62,147 nt of DNA. Origin: a virus. Its lineage: Duplodnaviria; Caudoviricetes. Positions 26,369 through 35,231 of the stretch are shown piece after piece (the first letter of the stretch is position 1; each line of letters starts with the position of its first letter). The position numbers and the translations under genes are program-made. The DNA lies in the IMG/VR virus record IMGVR_UViG_3300042868_003080, positions 1-62,147 of that record; one strand, given 5' to 3'. The notes under the pieces are model-generated. The model saw nothing but the letters and a program-made list of their open reading frames with translations, did no database searches and was not told the origin of the DNA.

Positions 26369-26565
26369 CATTTGGTAAGGACATAAGGAAGTCTAAGTAC
26401 GGCATTAACGCGATGGAACTAAACGAGGTTCGCATATTCGATACGCCAACGGAACGAGACAAAGACCTGGTACGCCGCGCTGCACATAACCAAAACGAGC
26501 GGTCAGACCGCTATTACATGACCCGCGCCATTGGCGACACCGTACATGTAACAAGGATACGTTGA
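26365..26565 (+). CDS. small basic protein
   Basis: KSKYGINAME...VHVTRI; ATGA overlap. Confidence 0.55.
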   Translation: MTFGKDIRKSKYGINAMELNEVRIFDTPTERDKDLVRRAAHNQNERSDRYYMTRAIGDTVHVTRIR

Positions 26566-26789
26566 TGCCGATTCGTAAGTTTGACCGTATCTTTGGGGGC
26601 GATGGTCTCTACACTGGCAAGCACGAAACCGTTGTCGAATGCGACGAGTGCGGCAAGCACATATGTTTTGAAACCGAGCACAGTTTTGGCGGCACCTACC
26701 AACCACCTGAGGTCGAGCAAAATGGCTTCACTAAAATCTTAAAGCCGGATGGGTATGATTTCATCTGTAAGGACCATGTAAAGAAATGA
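26562..26789 (+). CDS. zinc-finger protein
   Basis: CDECG...ICKDH. Confidence 0.55.
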   Translation: MMPIRKFDRIFGGDGLYTGKHETVVECDECGKHICFETEHSFGGTYQPPEVEQNGFTKILKPDGYDFICKDHVKK

Positions 26790-28603
26790 ACATCATCACA
26801 ATCGACTTCGAGACCTACTACAGCCAGCAATTCAGTCTGTCGAAGATCACCACCGAAGAGTATGTCCGTCACGATCTGTTCGAGACCATCGGCGTTGCCG
26901 TGAAGGTGGACGATGGTGAGACCCAGTGGTTCTCAGGCCCGAAGGCCGCGACTAAGAAGTTCCTGGATCAGTTCCCTTGGGATGATGCTGTGGCTGTCGC
27001 GCACAATGCTGTCTTCGACATGGCAATCCTGAACTGGCAGTTCGACATCCGACCCAAGCGCATAGTGGATACGCTATCTATAGCACGGGCCAAGCATGGC
27101 ACAGATGGTATCAGCCTTAGCCTCAAGTCGCTGGCCGAGCACTTCGGCTTAGGTGCCAAGGGTACAGAGGTTATCAATGCGCTGGGCAAGAACCGGCTGG
27201 ACTTCACAGCGGAAGAACTGGCGCGCTACGGCGACTACTGCATCAATGACGTCGAACTTACCTACGAACTATTCAAGATACTGGCTGATGGCTTCCCTAC
27301 GACAGAGTTACGGTTAATCGACCTGACACTGCGGATGTTCACGGAACCAAAGCTGACGTTGGATAAGACGGCTCTGACCGACCACTTGGCTGACGTTCAA
27401 GCTAAGAAGGAAGCCCTGATGTCGAAGCTGAACTACGACAAGGCCGATCTGATGTCGAACCCGAAGCTGGCCGATCTCCTGGAGTTTCATGGTGTCGTGG
27501 TGCCGATGAAGGTTAGCCCTGCCAATGGTAAGCAGACCTACGCTTTCGCTAAGTCGGACGAGGCGTTCAAGGAACTGCTCGAGCATGAGAACATACAGGT
27601 ACAAGCCATCGTCGCTGCGCGGCTGGGCGTGAAGTCCACATTGGAAGAGACACGCACCGAACGGTTCATCAACATCGCAGACCGAGGCACACTACCTATC
27701 CCACTGCGCTACTACGCTGCCCACACTGGACGCTGGGGCGGTGATGACAAGGTGAACATGCAGAACCTACCGCGCAAGTCACCGCTGAAGAAGGCGATAC
27801 GCGCACCAGACGGGTACTTGCTGGTCGATTGCGATTCATCACAGATTGAAGCGCGAACCTTGGCGTGGCTGGCTGGACAGGATGACTTGGTCGAAGCCTT
27901 CGACAAGGGCGAGGACGTGTACAAGATCATGGCGTCCGCCATCTACAACAAACCAATCGAGGATATCACGGACCCCGAACGCTTCGTAGGCAAGACCACC
28001 ATCCTTGGTGCAGGCTATGGCATGGGCGCTGCCAAGTTCAAGGCCCAGCTGAAGACCTTCAATGTCGATATGGAACTGGGCGAGTGCGAGTACATCATTA
28101 GGGTATACCGTGAGACCTACCCGATGATCCCGCGCCTGTGGAAGCAAGCCGGACGTGCGCTTGATGCGTTGATAGCTGGGCAGACTGCACCCTTCGGGCG
28201 TGATGGTGCGCTGGTGGTGGACGCAGACGGCATCAAGTTACCCAACGGCTTGTACATCAAGTACCCACGGCTAAGGACACAGACACAGGGCGATAGGCAG
28301 GAGATGGTCTATGATACCAAGAAGGGCCGAGCCACTATCCCTACCCGCATCTATGGCGGGAAGGCTGTCGAGAATGTGTGTCAGGCGCTGGCTCGCATCG
28401 TGATCGGTGAACAGATGCTGATGGTCGCACGGAAGCTACCTGTCGTGATGACCGTGCATGACGCTGTCGGTGCGCTGGTTAAGATCGATGAAGCTGATGA
28501 AGGCCGGACCTTCGTCGAGCAATGCATGCGGATCAGGCCCAAGTGGGCACAAGGGTTACCGTTGAACTGTGAGAGCAAGATAGGAGCAAGCTACGGTGGA
28601 TGA
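26786..28603 (+). CDS. polA: DNA polymerase family A with 3'-5' exonuclease
   Basis: Exo DFET, HNAVFD, YCINDV; TGRW...NMQN; motif A DSSQIEAR; motif B RFVGKTTILGAGYG; motif C VHD. Confidence 0.92.
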   Translation: MNIITIDFETYYSQQFSLSKITTEEYVRHDLFETIGVAVKVDDGETQWFSGPKAATKKFLDQFPWDDAVAVAHNAVFDMAILNWQFDIRPKRIVDTLSIARAKHGTDGISLSLKSLAEHFGLGAKGTEVINALGKNRLDFTAEELARYGDYCINDVELTYELFKILADGFPTTELRLIDLTLRMFTEPKLTLDKTALTDHLADVQAKKEALMSKLNYDKADLMSNPKLADLLEFHGVVVPMKVSPANGKQTYAFAKSDEAFKELLEHENIQVQAIVAARLGVKSTLEETRTERFINIADRGTLPIPLRYYAAHTGRWGGDDKVNMQNLPRKSPLKKAIRAPDGYLLVDCDSSQIEARTLAWLAGQDDLVEAFDKGEDVYKIMASAIYNKPIEDITDPERFVGKTTILGAGYGMGAAKFKAQLKTFNVDMELGECEYIIRVYRETYPMIPRLWKQAGRALDALIAGQTAPFGRDGALVVDADGIKLPNGLYIKYPRLRTQTQGDRQEMVYDTKKGRATIPTRIYGGKAVENVCQALARIVIGEQMLMVARKLPVVMTVHDAVGALVKIDEADEGRTFVEQCMRIRPKWAQGLPLNCESKIGASYGG

Positions 28604-29189
28604 TGAAGAATATGAATGTCCGCTTTGGTGGCAGACCCAGGTTTCCCAAAAAGAACTGGATGCGCGCATGGCGGCAGCGACAGAGCGAGCGGAAAAAGAG
28701 ACCCAAGCACAGCGCGAGCGTAGAGAGATCAACCAGCGGCGGTGGGAGGAGTTTAAGGATGTACCCAACGGTCGCAACTGGGCGATATGGAAGCGGTACA
28801 AAGCTGGGGGTGTGAGCCAGAAAAAAGTTGCGGAAGAGTTTGGTGTAACCCCTGAACGCATAAGACAAGCAGTAGCTAAGATCGACCGAGGGATACGCAC
28901 GGTTCTTAATCGGGGTATGGCCACAATGTGGGACACCGTGCCTGACGAATACCGCGAAGGTACGTTGGGGATTGAGTTTGTGTTTACTAACGACCTTGTT
29001 GTTAACGACCGAGAGGGTTGGAAGGGATGGGATAAAGTAGACCGCTTCGGGCGTGGGCATACGTATTTCCCGCCAACCCCCGAGTGGCGCTCACGTGACG
29101 GACTGAACGACACGCGCCCAGCTATACCTCCCCCTGTTCACACCTACTACAAAACTATTATTGAAAAGGAGCAAACAGATGAAAATTAA
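28596..29189 (+). CDS. protein with sigma70 region-4-like HTH
   Basis: SQKKVAEEFGVTPERIRQAVAK versus RpoD TLEEVGKQFDVTRERIRQIEAK. Confidence 0.65.
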   Translation: MDDEEYECPLWWQTQVSQKELDARMAAATERAEKETQAQRERREINQRRWEEFKDVPNGRNWAIWKRYKAGGVSQKKVAEEFGVTPERIRQAVAKIDRGIRTVLNRGMATMWDTVPDEYREGTLGIEFVFTNDLVVNDREGWKGWDKVDRFGRGHTYFPPTPEWRSRDGLNDTRPAIPPPVHTYYKTIIEKEQTDEN

Positions 29190-29493
29190 TGACTTTGGAA
29201 TGCCAGGTTTCGCTGAGTATCAGATCGATGAAAGCTGCCACCTATATAAGGTCGAGGTCTTCGACCGTGTGGAGGACGCTGAGAAGGGAACCCATACTAC
29301 GGTCGAAGGGGCACTTGTTACCCAAGACAGGGACTTGAGCCGCAACCCATCCGGTCGGCGCACTGGTGTGGTGCTACACTTCTGGAGCGAGGTGAACGCA
29401 GCGCCCGAAGATAAGTTCGTCATGTGCATATTCCAGCACAAGGGCGGCGAGTACATCGAGTTTAAAACCCTAACGGAGTATGAAGGAGAATAG
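29179..29493 (+). CDS. hypothetical protein
   Basis: AAGGAGCAAAC RBS places the start at 29179. Confidence 0.65.
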   Translation: MKINDFGMPGFAEYQIDESCHLYKVEVFDRVEDAEKGTHTTVEGALVTQDRDLSRNPSGRRTGVVLHFWSEVNAAPEDKFVMCIFQHKGGEYIEFKTLTEYEGE

Positions 29494-29495
29494 AT

Positions 29496-29678
29496 ATGGA
29501 AATTATATCAGTAGTAATAAGCGCGGCTACGCTGGCCTTCTTTAGTTACCAGCTTGGTAAGGGTAGTGCGGACGGGAAGGTCCTTACACTCAAGCGCGAG
29601 AACGAGCGGCTCAATGCCGAACTGCACAAGCTGACGGACCGCGACGAGCGTGGCCGATTCAAAGGGGGTAAGAAATGA
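29496..29678 (+). CDS. small membrane protein
   Basis: N-terminal TM helix, coiled coil, RDERGRF motif. Confidence 0.6.
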   Translation: MEIISVVISAATLAFFSYQLGKGSADGKVLTLKRENERLNAELHKLTDRDERGRFKGGKK

Positions 29679-30433
29679 CTGAAGAAAAACGTCCAAGCAT
29701 TATGATTGCCACCCCCATGTACGGGGGCATGTGCACGGGACACTATGTGCAAGGCTTGTTGATGACCATGGCTAAGATGCGTGACTTAGGCGTCAACGTG
29801 GCATGGTGTCAGATTATGAACGAGAGCCTTATCACCCGTGCACGTAACGACTTAGCACGAGTGTTCCTTGAGAGCGACCATGACTACCTCATGTTCATCG
29901 ACGCTGACATCGGCTTTGACGCAGAAGCTATCGCGCACCTGCTTCTGGCCGACAAGGACATCGCATGCGGTATCTACCCCAAGAAGGAAGTAAACTGGGA
30001 TAGCGTCAACCGTGCTGCCGTTGCAGGTAAGACGGACCTTGCGGACCATGCCGGAGCCTTTGTGTTCAACATGGTAGGTGGTAGCGATGTGCACACAGAC
30101 GAGACAGGCTGCATCGAAGTCCGCCACGGCGGCACAGGCTTCATGCTCATCAAGCGTAGTGTTTTTGAGCAGCTGATACCGCACGTGCCGACCTACCGCA
30201 CGTCGTCGTTCAAAGACCCAGTGACAGGCGAATATGCCAAGCCTTTGACCCACGAGTTTTTCGCCACCAGCATCGACGATACCGGTGCATTGTTGAGCGA
30301 AGATTACCATTTTTGTGAACTGTGGCGCAACCACGGCGGCAAAATACACGCCCATCCGTTCATCAAGTTGTATCATGTAGGCACGTATGTGTTTGGTGGT
30401 GACATCCTAAAGAGCGGCGGCAATCTTAAATAA
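29675..30433 (+). CDS. GT-A fold (GT2-like) glycosyltransferase
   Basis: IATPMY...ESLITRARN...YLMFIDAD...GTGFMLIKR...SEDYHFC...L.HVG. Confidence 0.75.
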   Translation: MTEEKRPSIMIATPMYGGMCTGHYVQGLLMTMAKMRDLGVNVAWCQIMNESLITRARNDLARVFLESDHDYLMFIDADIGFDAEAIAHLLLADKDIACGIYPKKEVNWDSVNRAAVAGKTDLADHAGAFVFNMVGGSDVHTDETGCIEVRHGGTGFMLIKRSVFEQLIPHVPTYRTSSFKDPVTGEYAKPLTHEFFATSIDDTGALLSEDYHFCELWRNHGGKIHAHPFIKLYHVGTYVFGGDILKSGGNLK

Positions 30434-30445
30434 GGAGCAAATGAA

Positions 30446-30937
30446 ATGAGAAAGAAAGAAAAAGCAGCAGCAATCATCAAACTGTTAAAGAAGGGTATGA
30501 CCCCCAAGGAAGTCAGGGACCGCATTGGGGTAAGCTACAACTACGCGTGGAAACTGAAGAAGGATTTGGAGAAAGCGGTGGATGAAGTGCTGAAACCCAA
30601 ACCCGAACCCGAAGTCACGGCCAAAGCCGGTGAGTATATCGTAGTCGAGGGCGCTAAGGACGCACAAGAGGTAGACGCAATCCTTGGTAAACGGGGCGAA
30701 CAGTATGGCTCGTTCATGCAGTCTTCGGACACGGTTATCCGGATCAAGGGCATCATGCACAATGCAGTGGCCCGGAACGAAGTGCACCTGTACCCCGACC
30801 AACTACAGGCGTTGGATATGATTGCTACTAAGATAAGTCGGATTGTACACGGCAACCCCAACCACACTGATAGCTGGATTGATATAGCTGGCTATGCTAC
30901 GTTAGTGGCTGACCGTCTCCAAGGGAAAATCAGATAA
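30446..30937 (+). CDS. N-terminal HTH + DUF6378-like domain
   Basis: GMTPKEVRDRIGVS; RGEQYG...KISRI...HTDSWIDIAGYA. Confidence 0.7.
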   Translation: MRKKEKAAAIIKLLKKGMTPKEVRDRIGVSYNYAWKLKKDLEKAVDEVLKPKPEPEVTAKAGEYIVVEGAKDAQEVDAILGKRGEQYGSFMQSSDTVIRIKGIMHNAVARNEVHLYPDQLQALDMIATKISRIVHGNPNHTDSWIDIAGYATLVADRLQGKIR

Positions 30938-30938
30938 C

Positions 30939-31607
30939 ATGACAGCGTGGTCCTACAGCAGCATCAAGACTTTCGATCAATGCCCAAAGAAGTATTATCA
31001 TCTGAAGGTAGCGAAAGACGTCAAGGATACTGCGGGGCCAGAGGCTGACTATGGCACTCAAGCGCACGAAGCAGCCGAACACTACATCAAACACGGGACG
31101 CCAATTCCTGGCAAGTTCAAGATCATGCGTCCCGTGGTTGAAACGCTGGCACAGTTTCCAGGAGAGAAGCACACCGAGTTGAAGCTAGGTGTCAAGAAGA
31201 CGGATACTGGCTACGAACCCTGTGGCTTCTTCGATAAGGACGTATGGTGGCGGGGCATCGTCGATCTGTTGATTACGAACGGCAAGACTGCCCACATGGT
31301 GGATTACAAGACAGGCAAGAACGCTAAGTATGCGGACATGAAGCAGCTGGACCTGATGGCTGGCGCAGTGTTCGTGCACTACCCAGAGATAACTAAGGTT
31401 AAATCGGGGCTGGCGTTTGTGGTGTCGAACGAGTTTCCGAAGAAGACGCACACCCGTGAGCATCTGGATACGTACCTGTCCGTGTTTGATAATCAACTAG
31501 GACAGTTGGAAGATGCGATGGATAGTGGTATGTGGAATGCCAAGACCAGCCCACTATGTGGGTGGTGTCCAGTTACGGGTTGTGAACATTACCGCCCTAG
31601 GAGATAG
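30939..31607 (+). CDS. PD-(D/E)xK exonuclease, Cas4/AddB-like with Fe-S cysteines
   Basis: WSYS...CP...G.VD...VDYKTGK...QL...CGWCP...C. Confidence 0.85.
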   Translation: MTAWSYSSIKTFDQCPKKYYHLKVAKDVKDTAGPEADYGTQAHEAAEHYIKHGTPIPGKFKIMRPVVETLAQFPGEKHTELKLGVKKTDTGYEPCGFFDKDVWWRGIVDLLITNGKTAHMVDYKTGKNAKYADMKQLDLMAGAVFVHYPEITKVKSGLAFVVSNEFPKKTHTREHLDTYLSVFDNQLGQLEDAMDSGMWNAKTSPLCGWCPVTGCEHYRPRR

Positions 31608-31609
31608 CC

Positions 31610-31906
31610 GTGCCGTACAAGAATAAAGCTGACCGCAAGTATACAAACGCCGCCAAATACGAAGCGCAACCCGAGCAAGTGAAGAACCGAGTTGCTCGCA
31701 ACGCTGCACGGCGCAAGCTTATGAAAGCGGGTAAGGTCAGTAAGGGAGACGGCAAGGATGTCGCTCACGTGAAAGCCTTCGACAAAGGCGGAGCGAACAA
31801 GAACGGTGTACGCGTAGAGAGTGCGTCTAAGAACCGCTCCTTCAAGCGGGACAGCAAGCGCAACCTAGTGTCGGAAACCAGTACGCGGGAACGCAAAAAG
31901 AAATAA
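31610..31906 (+). CDS. small HNH-like protein
   Basis: GDGKDVAH....KGG.N...V.S...NR pattern. Confidence 0.55.
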   Translation: MPYKNKADRKYTNAAKYEAQPEQVKNRVARNAARRKLMKAGKVSKGDGKDVAHVKAFDKGGANKNGVRVESASKNRSFKRDSKRNLVSETSTRERKKK

Positions 31907-31926
31907 CCCGCGCAAGGAGCAAACTA

Positions 31927-33486
31927 ATGCGGATCGTTGAAGACAAAGTCCTCCTCGTGGAGACACGGGACCCTGATGCTATTATATCGACAGTAAAGAA
32001 AAGCGCCTTGATGGAGACCCATCGCGGATCGTCCAAGGTTGCTGTGCATTGGGGACTGAAGGAAGCCCAGGCTTTAGCTGCCCTTGGACATGATGCGCCT
32101 TCACCGTTGCTGCGTGACTACCAGTGGACGGGTAAGTTCGCTCCGTTCGAACACCAGAAAACCACAGCGTCGTTCCTCTCACTCCGCAAGCGAGCATTCT
32201 GTTTCAGCGAGGCGGGCACAGGCAAGACAGCCAGCGTGATCTGGTCGGTAGACTACCTCATGCGGTTGGGTAAGGTTAAGCGCGTCCTTGTGCTCTGCCC
32301 ACTATCGATCATGAAGGCTGCATGGCAGCAGGACCTGTTTAAGTTCGCGATGCACCGCTCGTGCAGTGTAGCTCACGGTAGCGCCGAACAACGCAGGAAG
32401 ATTATCGCCGCTGGCTCCGAGTTCGTCGTCATCAACTTTGATGGGCTGGCTGTGGTCAAGGACGAAATCATCGCAGGCGGCTTCGATATGATCGTGGTGG
32501 ACGAGGCGACAGCCTACAAGAACCCGCAGACAACGCGGTGGAAGATACTCAAGGACATCGTCAAAGAGATAGACCCTTGGCTATGGATGCTTACTGGTAC
32601 GCCAGCCGCGCAGTCGCCCGTCGATGCTTATGGGTTGGCTAAGCTGGTGAACCCAGAGGGTTGCCCCAAGTTCTTCGGTGCGTTCCGCGACTCGGTGATG
32701 TACAAGGTGACGCAGTTTAAGTGGGCCGTGAAGCCGCAAGCCCAGTCCATCGTGCATCGCATCTTGCAGCCAGCGATCCGGTTCGAGAAGAGCCAGTGTC
32801 TCGACTTGCCGAAGGTTACCCATGTGGACCGTGACGCGCCCCTGACGCCACAGCAGAACAAGTATTACAAGATGCTCAAGAACCAGATGTGCATGGAAGC
32901 TGACGGCGAGCAGGTAAGCGCGGTCAATGCGGCGACTAACTTGAACAAGCTGCTACAGATCAGTGGAGGTGCGGTCTATTCGGATACTGGCGAGGTCGTA
33001 CAGTTCGACGTTAGCAACCGCATCAACGCCGTGTTGGAAGTGATTCGCGAAACCAACCGCAAGGTGCTGGTCTTCGTACCGTTCACGCACACCATCGAGC
33101 TATTGCGCGAAGTGCTGGAGAAAGAGAAGATCAGTTGCGAGGTCATCAACGGCAAGGTCAACCTCAACAAGCGCAGCCAGATCGTCGCTGACTTTCAGTC
33201 GCTGCCTGACCCCCGTGTGCTCATCATCCAACCACAAGCAGCAAGCCACGGCCTGACCCTGACAGAGGCAGACACAATCATCTGGTACGCACCTGTGACC
33301 AGTGTGGAGACCTACCTACAGGCAAACGCCCGTATCGATAGGCCAGGTCAGAAGCATCCTATGACCATCGTGCACATCTCCGGCAGCGAGGTAGAACATA
33401 AGCTTTACAAGATGTTACGGGGCAACATCGAGAACCACCAAAAAATAATCGATCTCTATCGTCAAGAAATTTTACAAACCGCTTGA
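31927..33486 (+). CDS. SNF2-family (SF2) helicase
   Basis: Walker A GTGKT, Walker B VVDEA, LTGTP, HGLTL, QANARIDRPGQ. Confidence 0.9.
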   Translation: MRIVEDKVLLVETRDPDAIISTVKKSALMETHRGSSKVAVHWGLKEAQALAALGHDAPSPLLRDYQWTGKFAPFEHQKTTASFLSLRKRAFCFSEAGTGKTASVIWSVDYLMRLGKVKRVLVLCPLSIMKAAWQQDLFKFAMHRSCSVAHGSAEQRRKIIAAGSEFVVINFDGLAVVKDEIIAGGFDMIVVDEATAYKNPQTTRWKILKDIVKEIDPWLWMLTGTPAAQSPVDAYGLAKLVNPEGCPKFFGAFRDSVMYKVTQFKWAVKPQAQSIVHRILQPAIRFEKSQCLDLPKVTHVDRDAPLTPQQNKYYKMLKNQMCMEADGEQVSAVNAATNLNKLLQISGGAVYSDTGEVVQFDVSNRINAVLEVIRETNRKVLVFVPFTHTIELLREVLEKEKISCEVINGKVNLNKRSQIVADFQSLPDPRVLIIQPQAASHGLTLTEADTIIWYAPVTSVETYLQANARIDRPGQKHPMTIVHISGSEVEHKLYKMLRGNIENHQKIIDLYRQEILQTA

Positions 33487-33511
33487 CAATGTATAATGTA
33501 AAAAGTATTAC
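33483..33511 (+). promoter_or_regulatory. promoter P6
   Basis: TTGACA-17-TATTAC; spacer contains AATGTAA. Confidence 0.65.
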
Positions 33512-33608
33512 CGCCATAGGTAACGTCCCTTGCGACGGCGCTGATTACAAAAGGCGGACCTGAACAGACAGGTTAAGTGGGGCGTTACCGACCAAGAAGG
33601 AGCTAACT

Positions 33609-34010
33609 ATGACAGACATGAAAGCGGACGAGCTAGTTCTCACATACCGCAAAATACGTGATGCTATCAACGAGAAGGAAGAAGCACACAAGGAAGAGAT
33701 TGCCGATCTCAAGGCACAGCAGGACGTGTTATCTGCTGCACTTCTCGACTTGTGTAACGAGCAGAATCTGGATAGCATCCGAACCCCTGCTGGGACGGTT
33801 ACGCGCACGGTGAACACCCGTTACTGGACGAACGATTGGGAGTCTACGTATGAGTTCATCAAGGAGCATGATGCTTTGCACCTGCTTGAGCAACGTATCC
33901 ATAACGGCAACATGAAACAATTTTTAGCAGAAAATCCGGACGATCTACCAGTCGGCCTTCAAGCCGATACCAAGTATGTCGTGCGCGTACGTAAACCCGT
34001 TTCGAAGTAA
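33609..34010 (+). CDS. conserved replication-cluster protein
   Basis: Coiled coil + SIRTPAGTV...W..Y.FI...LLEQRI motif; AAGGAGCTAAC RBS. Confidence 0.7.
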   Translation: MTDMKADELVLTYRKIRDAINEKEEAHKEEIADLKAQQDVLSAALLDLCNEQNLDSIRTPAGTVTRTVNTRYWTNDWESTYEFIKEHDALHLLEQRIHNGNMKQFLAENPDDLPVGLQADTKYVVRVRKPVSK

Positions 34011-34021
34011 GGAGATACTAA

Positions 34022-34936
34022 ATGAGCAACCTATCAATCTTTAAGCAAGCAGGTGCGGTATCGACCGCAGCTAAACGTGAACTGTCTGACCTTGGCAAAT
34101 CCCTTGCCTCTGTTAGCAACAGCCGCCGCATCCAGACCAACACTAACGGCACCTTCAAGCGTCTTGTGAACGGTGAGCAGATTGGCAAAGCCATCCGTGG
34201 TGAGTTCAACGCTATCATCGTGGACGCACTGCCTAAGGTCAGCCGCACCTTCTACGCTGGCAAGTACGATCCAGATGCCAAGCCTACCCTACCTGACTGC
34301 TGGTCAAACCTAGGCGATAAGCCTGAAGCAGCCGCTGGTAACCCACAGGCTAGCAACTGCGTGTCGTGCCCACAGAACGTCTCGGGTTCGGGCGATAACG
34401 GTAAGGGTCGTGCATGCCGCTTCCAGCGCCGCATCGCTGTTATCCTTGAGGGTGATGATTCGGGTGACGTCTATCAGTTCAACGTCCCAGCTAAGTCGCT
34501 CTTCGGTAAGGGCAACGGCAACGTGCATCCGTTCGAAAGCTACGTAAAGTTCCTGATTGCCAACGGTGAAAGCCCAGACGGCGTTGTGACCAACATCGCA
34601 TATAACCTCGACGCTGAGACAATGCAGATACAGTTCACCCCTGTGCGCGGTGTCAGCGACGAAGAGTATGCACTGGTCAAGGAAGCTCGTAACGATCCGG
34701 CTACCCGCCAGATGATTGTGCTGACGGTTGCACCACAGACGAACGCCACTGCACCGCAGGAAGAAGCTAAGCCACAACCAAAGGTCACCTACTCCGACGA
34801 GCCGGATGAGGATGAAGAAGTTGAAGCACCGAAGAAGCGTGTCTCTAAGGCTGCTGAAGACGTTGTTCCTCCGAAGAAGGACCTCGCTAATGTCCTTGCC
34901 ACTTGGGGCGATGACGATGATGAAGACGAGGACTGA
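34022..34936 (+). CDS. putative ssDNA-binding / annealing protein
   Basis: PDCWS...CVSCPQN..GS...KGRAC Zn motif; strongly acidic C-terminal tail WGDDDDEDED. Confidence 0.6.
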   Translation: MSNLSIFKQAGAVSTAAKRELSDLGKSLASVSNSRRIQTNTNGTFKRLVNGEQIGKAIRGEFNAIIVDALPKVSRTFYAGKYDPDAKPTLPDCWSNLGDKPEAAAGNPQASNCVSCPQNVSGSGDNGKGRACRFQRRIAVILEGDDSGDVYQFNVPAKSLFGKGNGNVHPFESYVKFLIANGESPDGVVTNIAYNLDAETMQIQFTPVRGVSDEEYALVKEARNDPATRQMIVLTVAPQTNATAPQEEAKPQPKVTYSDEPDEDEEVEAPKKRVSKAAEDVVPPKKDLANVLATWGDDDDEDED

Positions 34937-34938
34937 GA

Positions 34939-35169
34939 ATGTCGTACGGCTATAGCCTGAGACTTATCGAACGGAATAACCAAGCGAATGAGAGGAAGCT
35001 GGGTGTGCAACTGGGGCGGGCGTGTATTAAACACAACGTGCCTGTCGCGGTTGTCGCCAGCAGGTTTGGGGTAACCAGACAGACGGTGTATAATTGGTTC
35101 AGCGGGACTAGTAATCCTGCTGAATCCCTTCACGGCCTAGTTACCCACTACATCTCTACGCTTTCATAG
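34939..35169 (+). CDS. Cro/XRE-like HTH protein
   Basis: VASRFGVTRQTVYNWFSG. Confidence 0.75.
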   Translation: MSYGYSLRLIERNNQANERKLGVQLGRACIKHNVPVAVVASRFGVTRQTVYNWFSGTSNPAESLHGLVTHYISTLS

Positions 35170-35198
35170 GGTTCGCCCTATGATGTTTCCTATTTTTT
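35164..35198 (+). terminator. hairpin / possible terminator
   Basis: TCATAGGG-TTCG-CCCTATGA followed by an interrupted T-rich tract. Confidence 0.55.
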
Positions 35199-35231
35199 CC
35201 AGGCGTTTTTGCGTCTGATGGCTGGTGACTG

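Noticed and set aside
33541-33575. Hammerhead ribozyme
   Set aside because: CTGATTA only resembles CUGANGA and the GAAA core is absent
34939-35169. Lysogeny switch around the HTH gene
   Set aside because: No integrase, att site or divergent repressor pair seen
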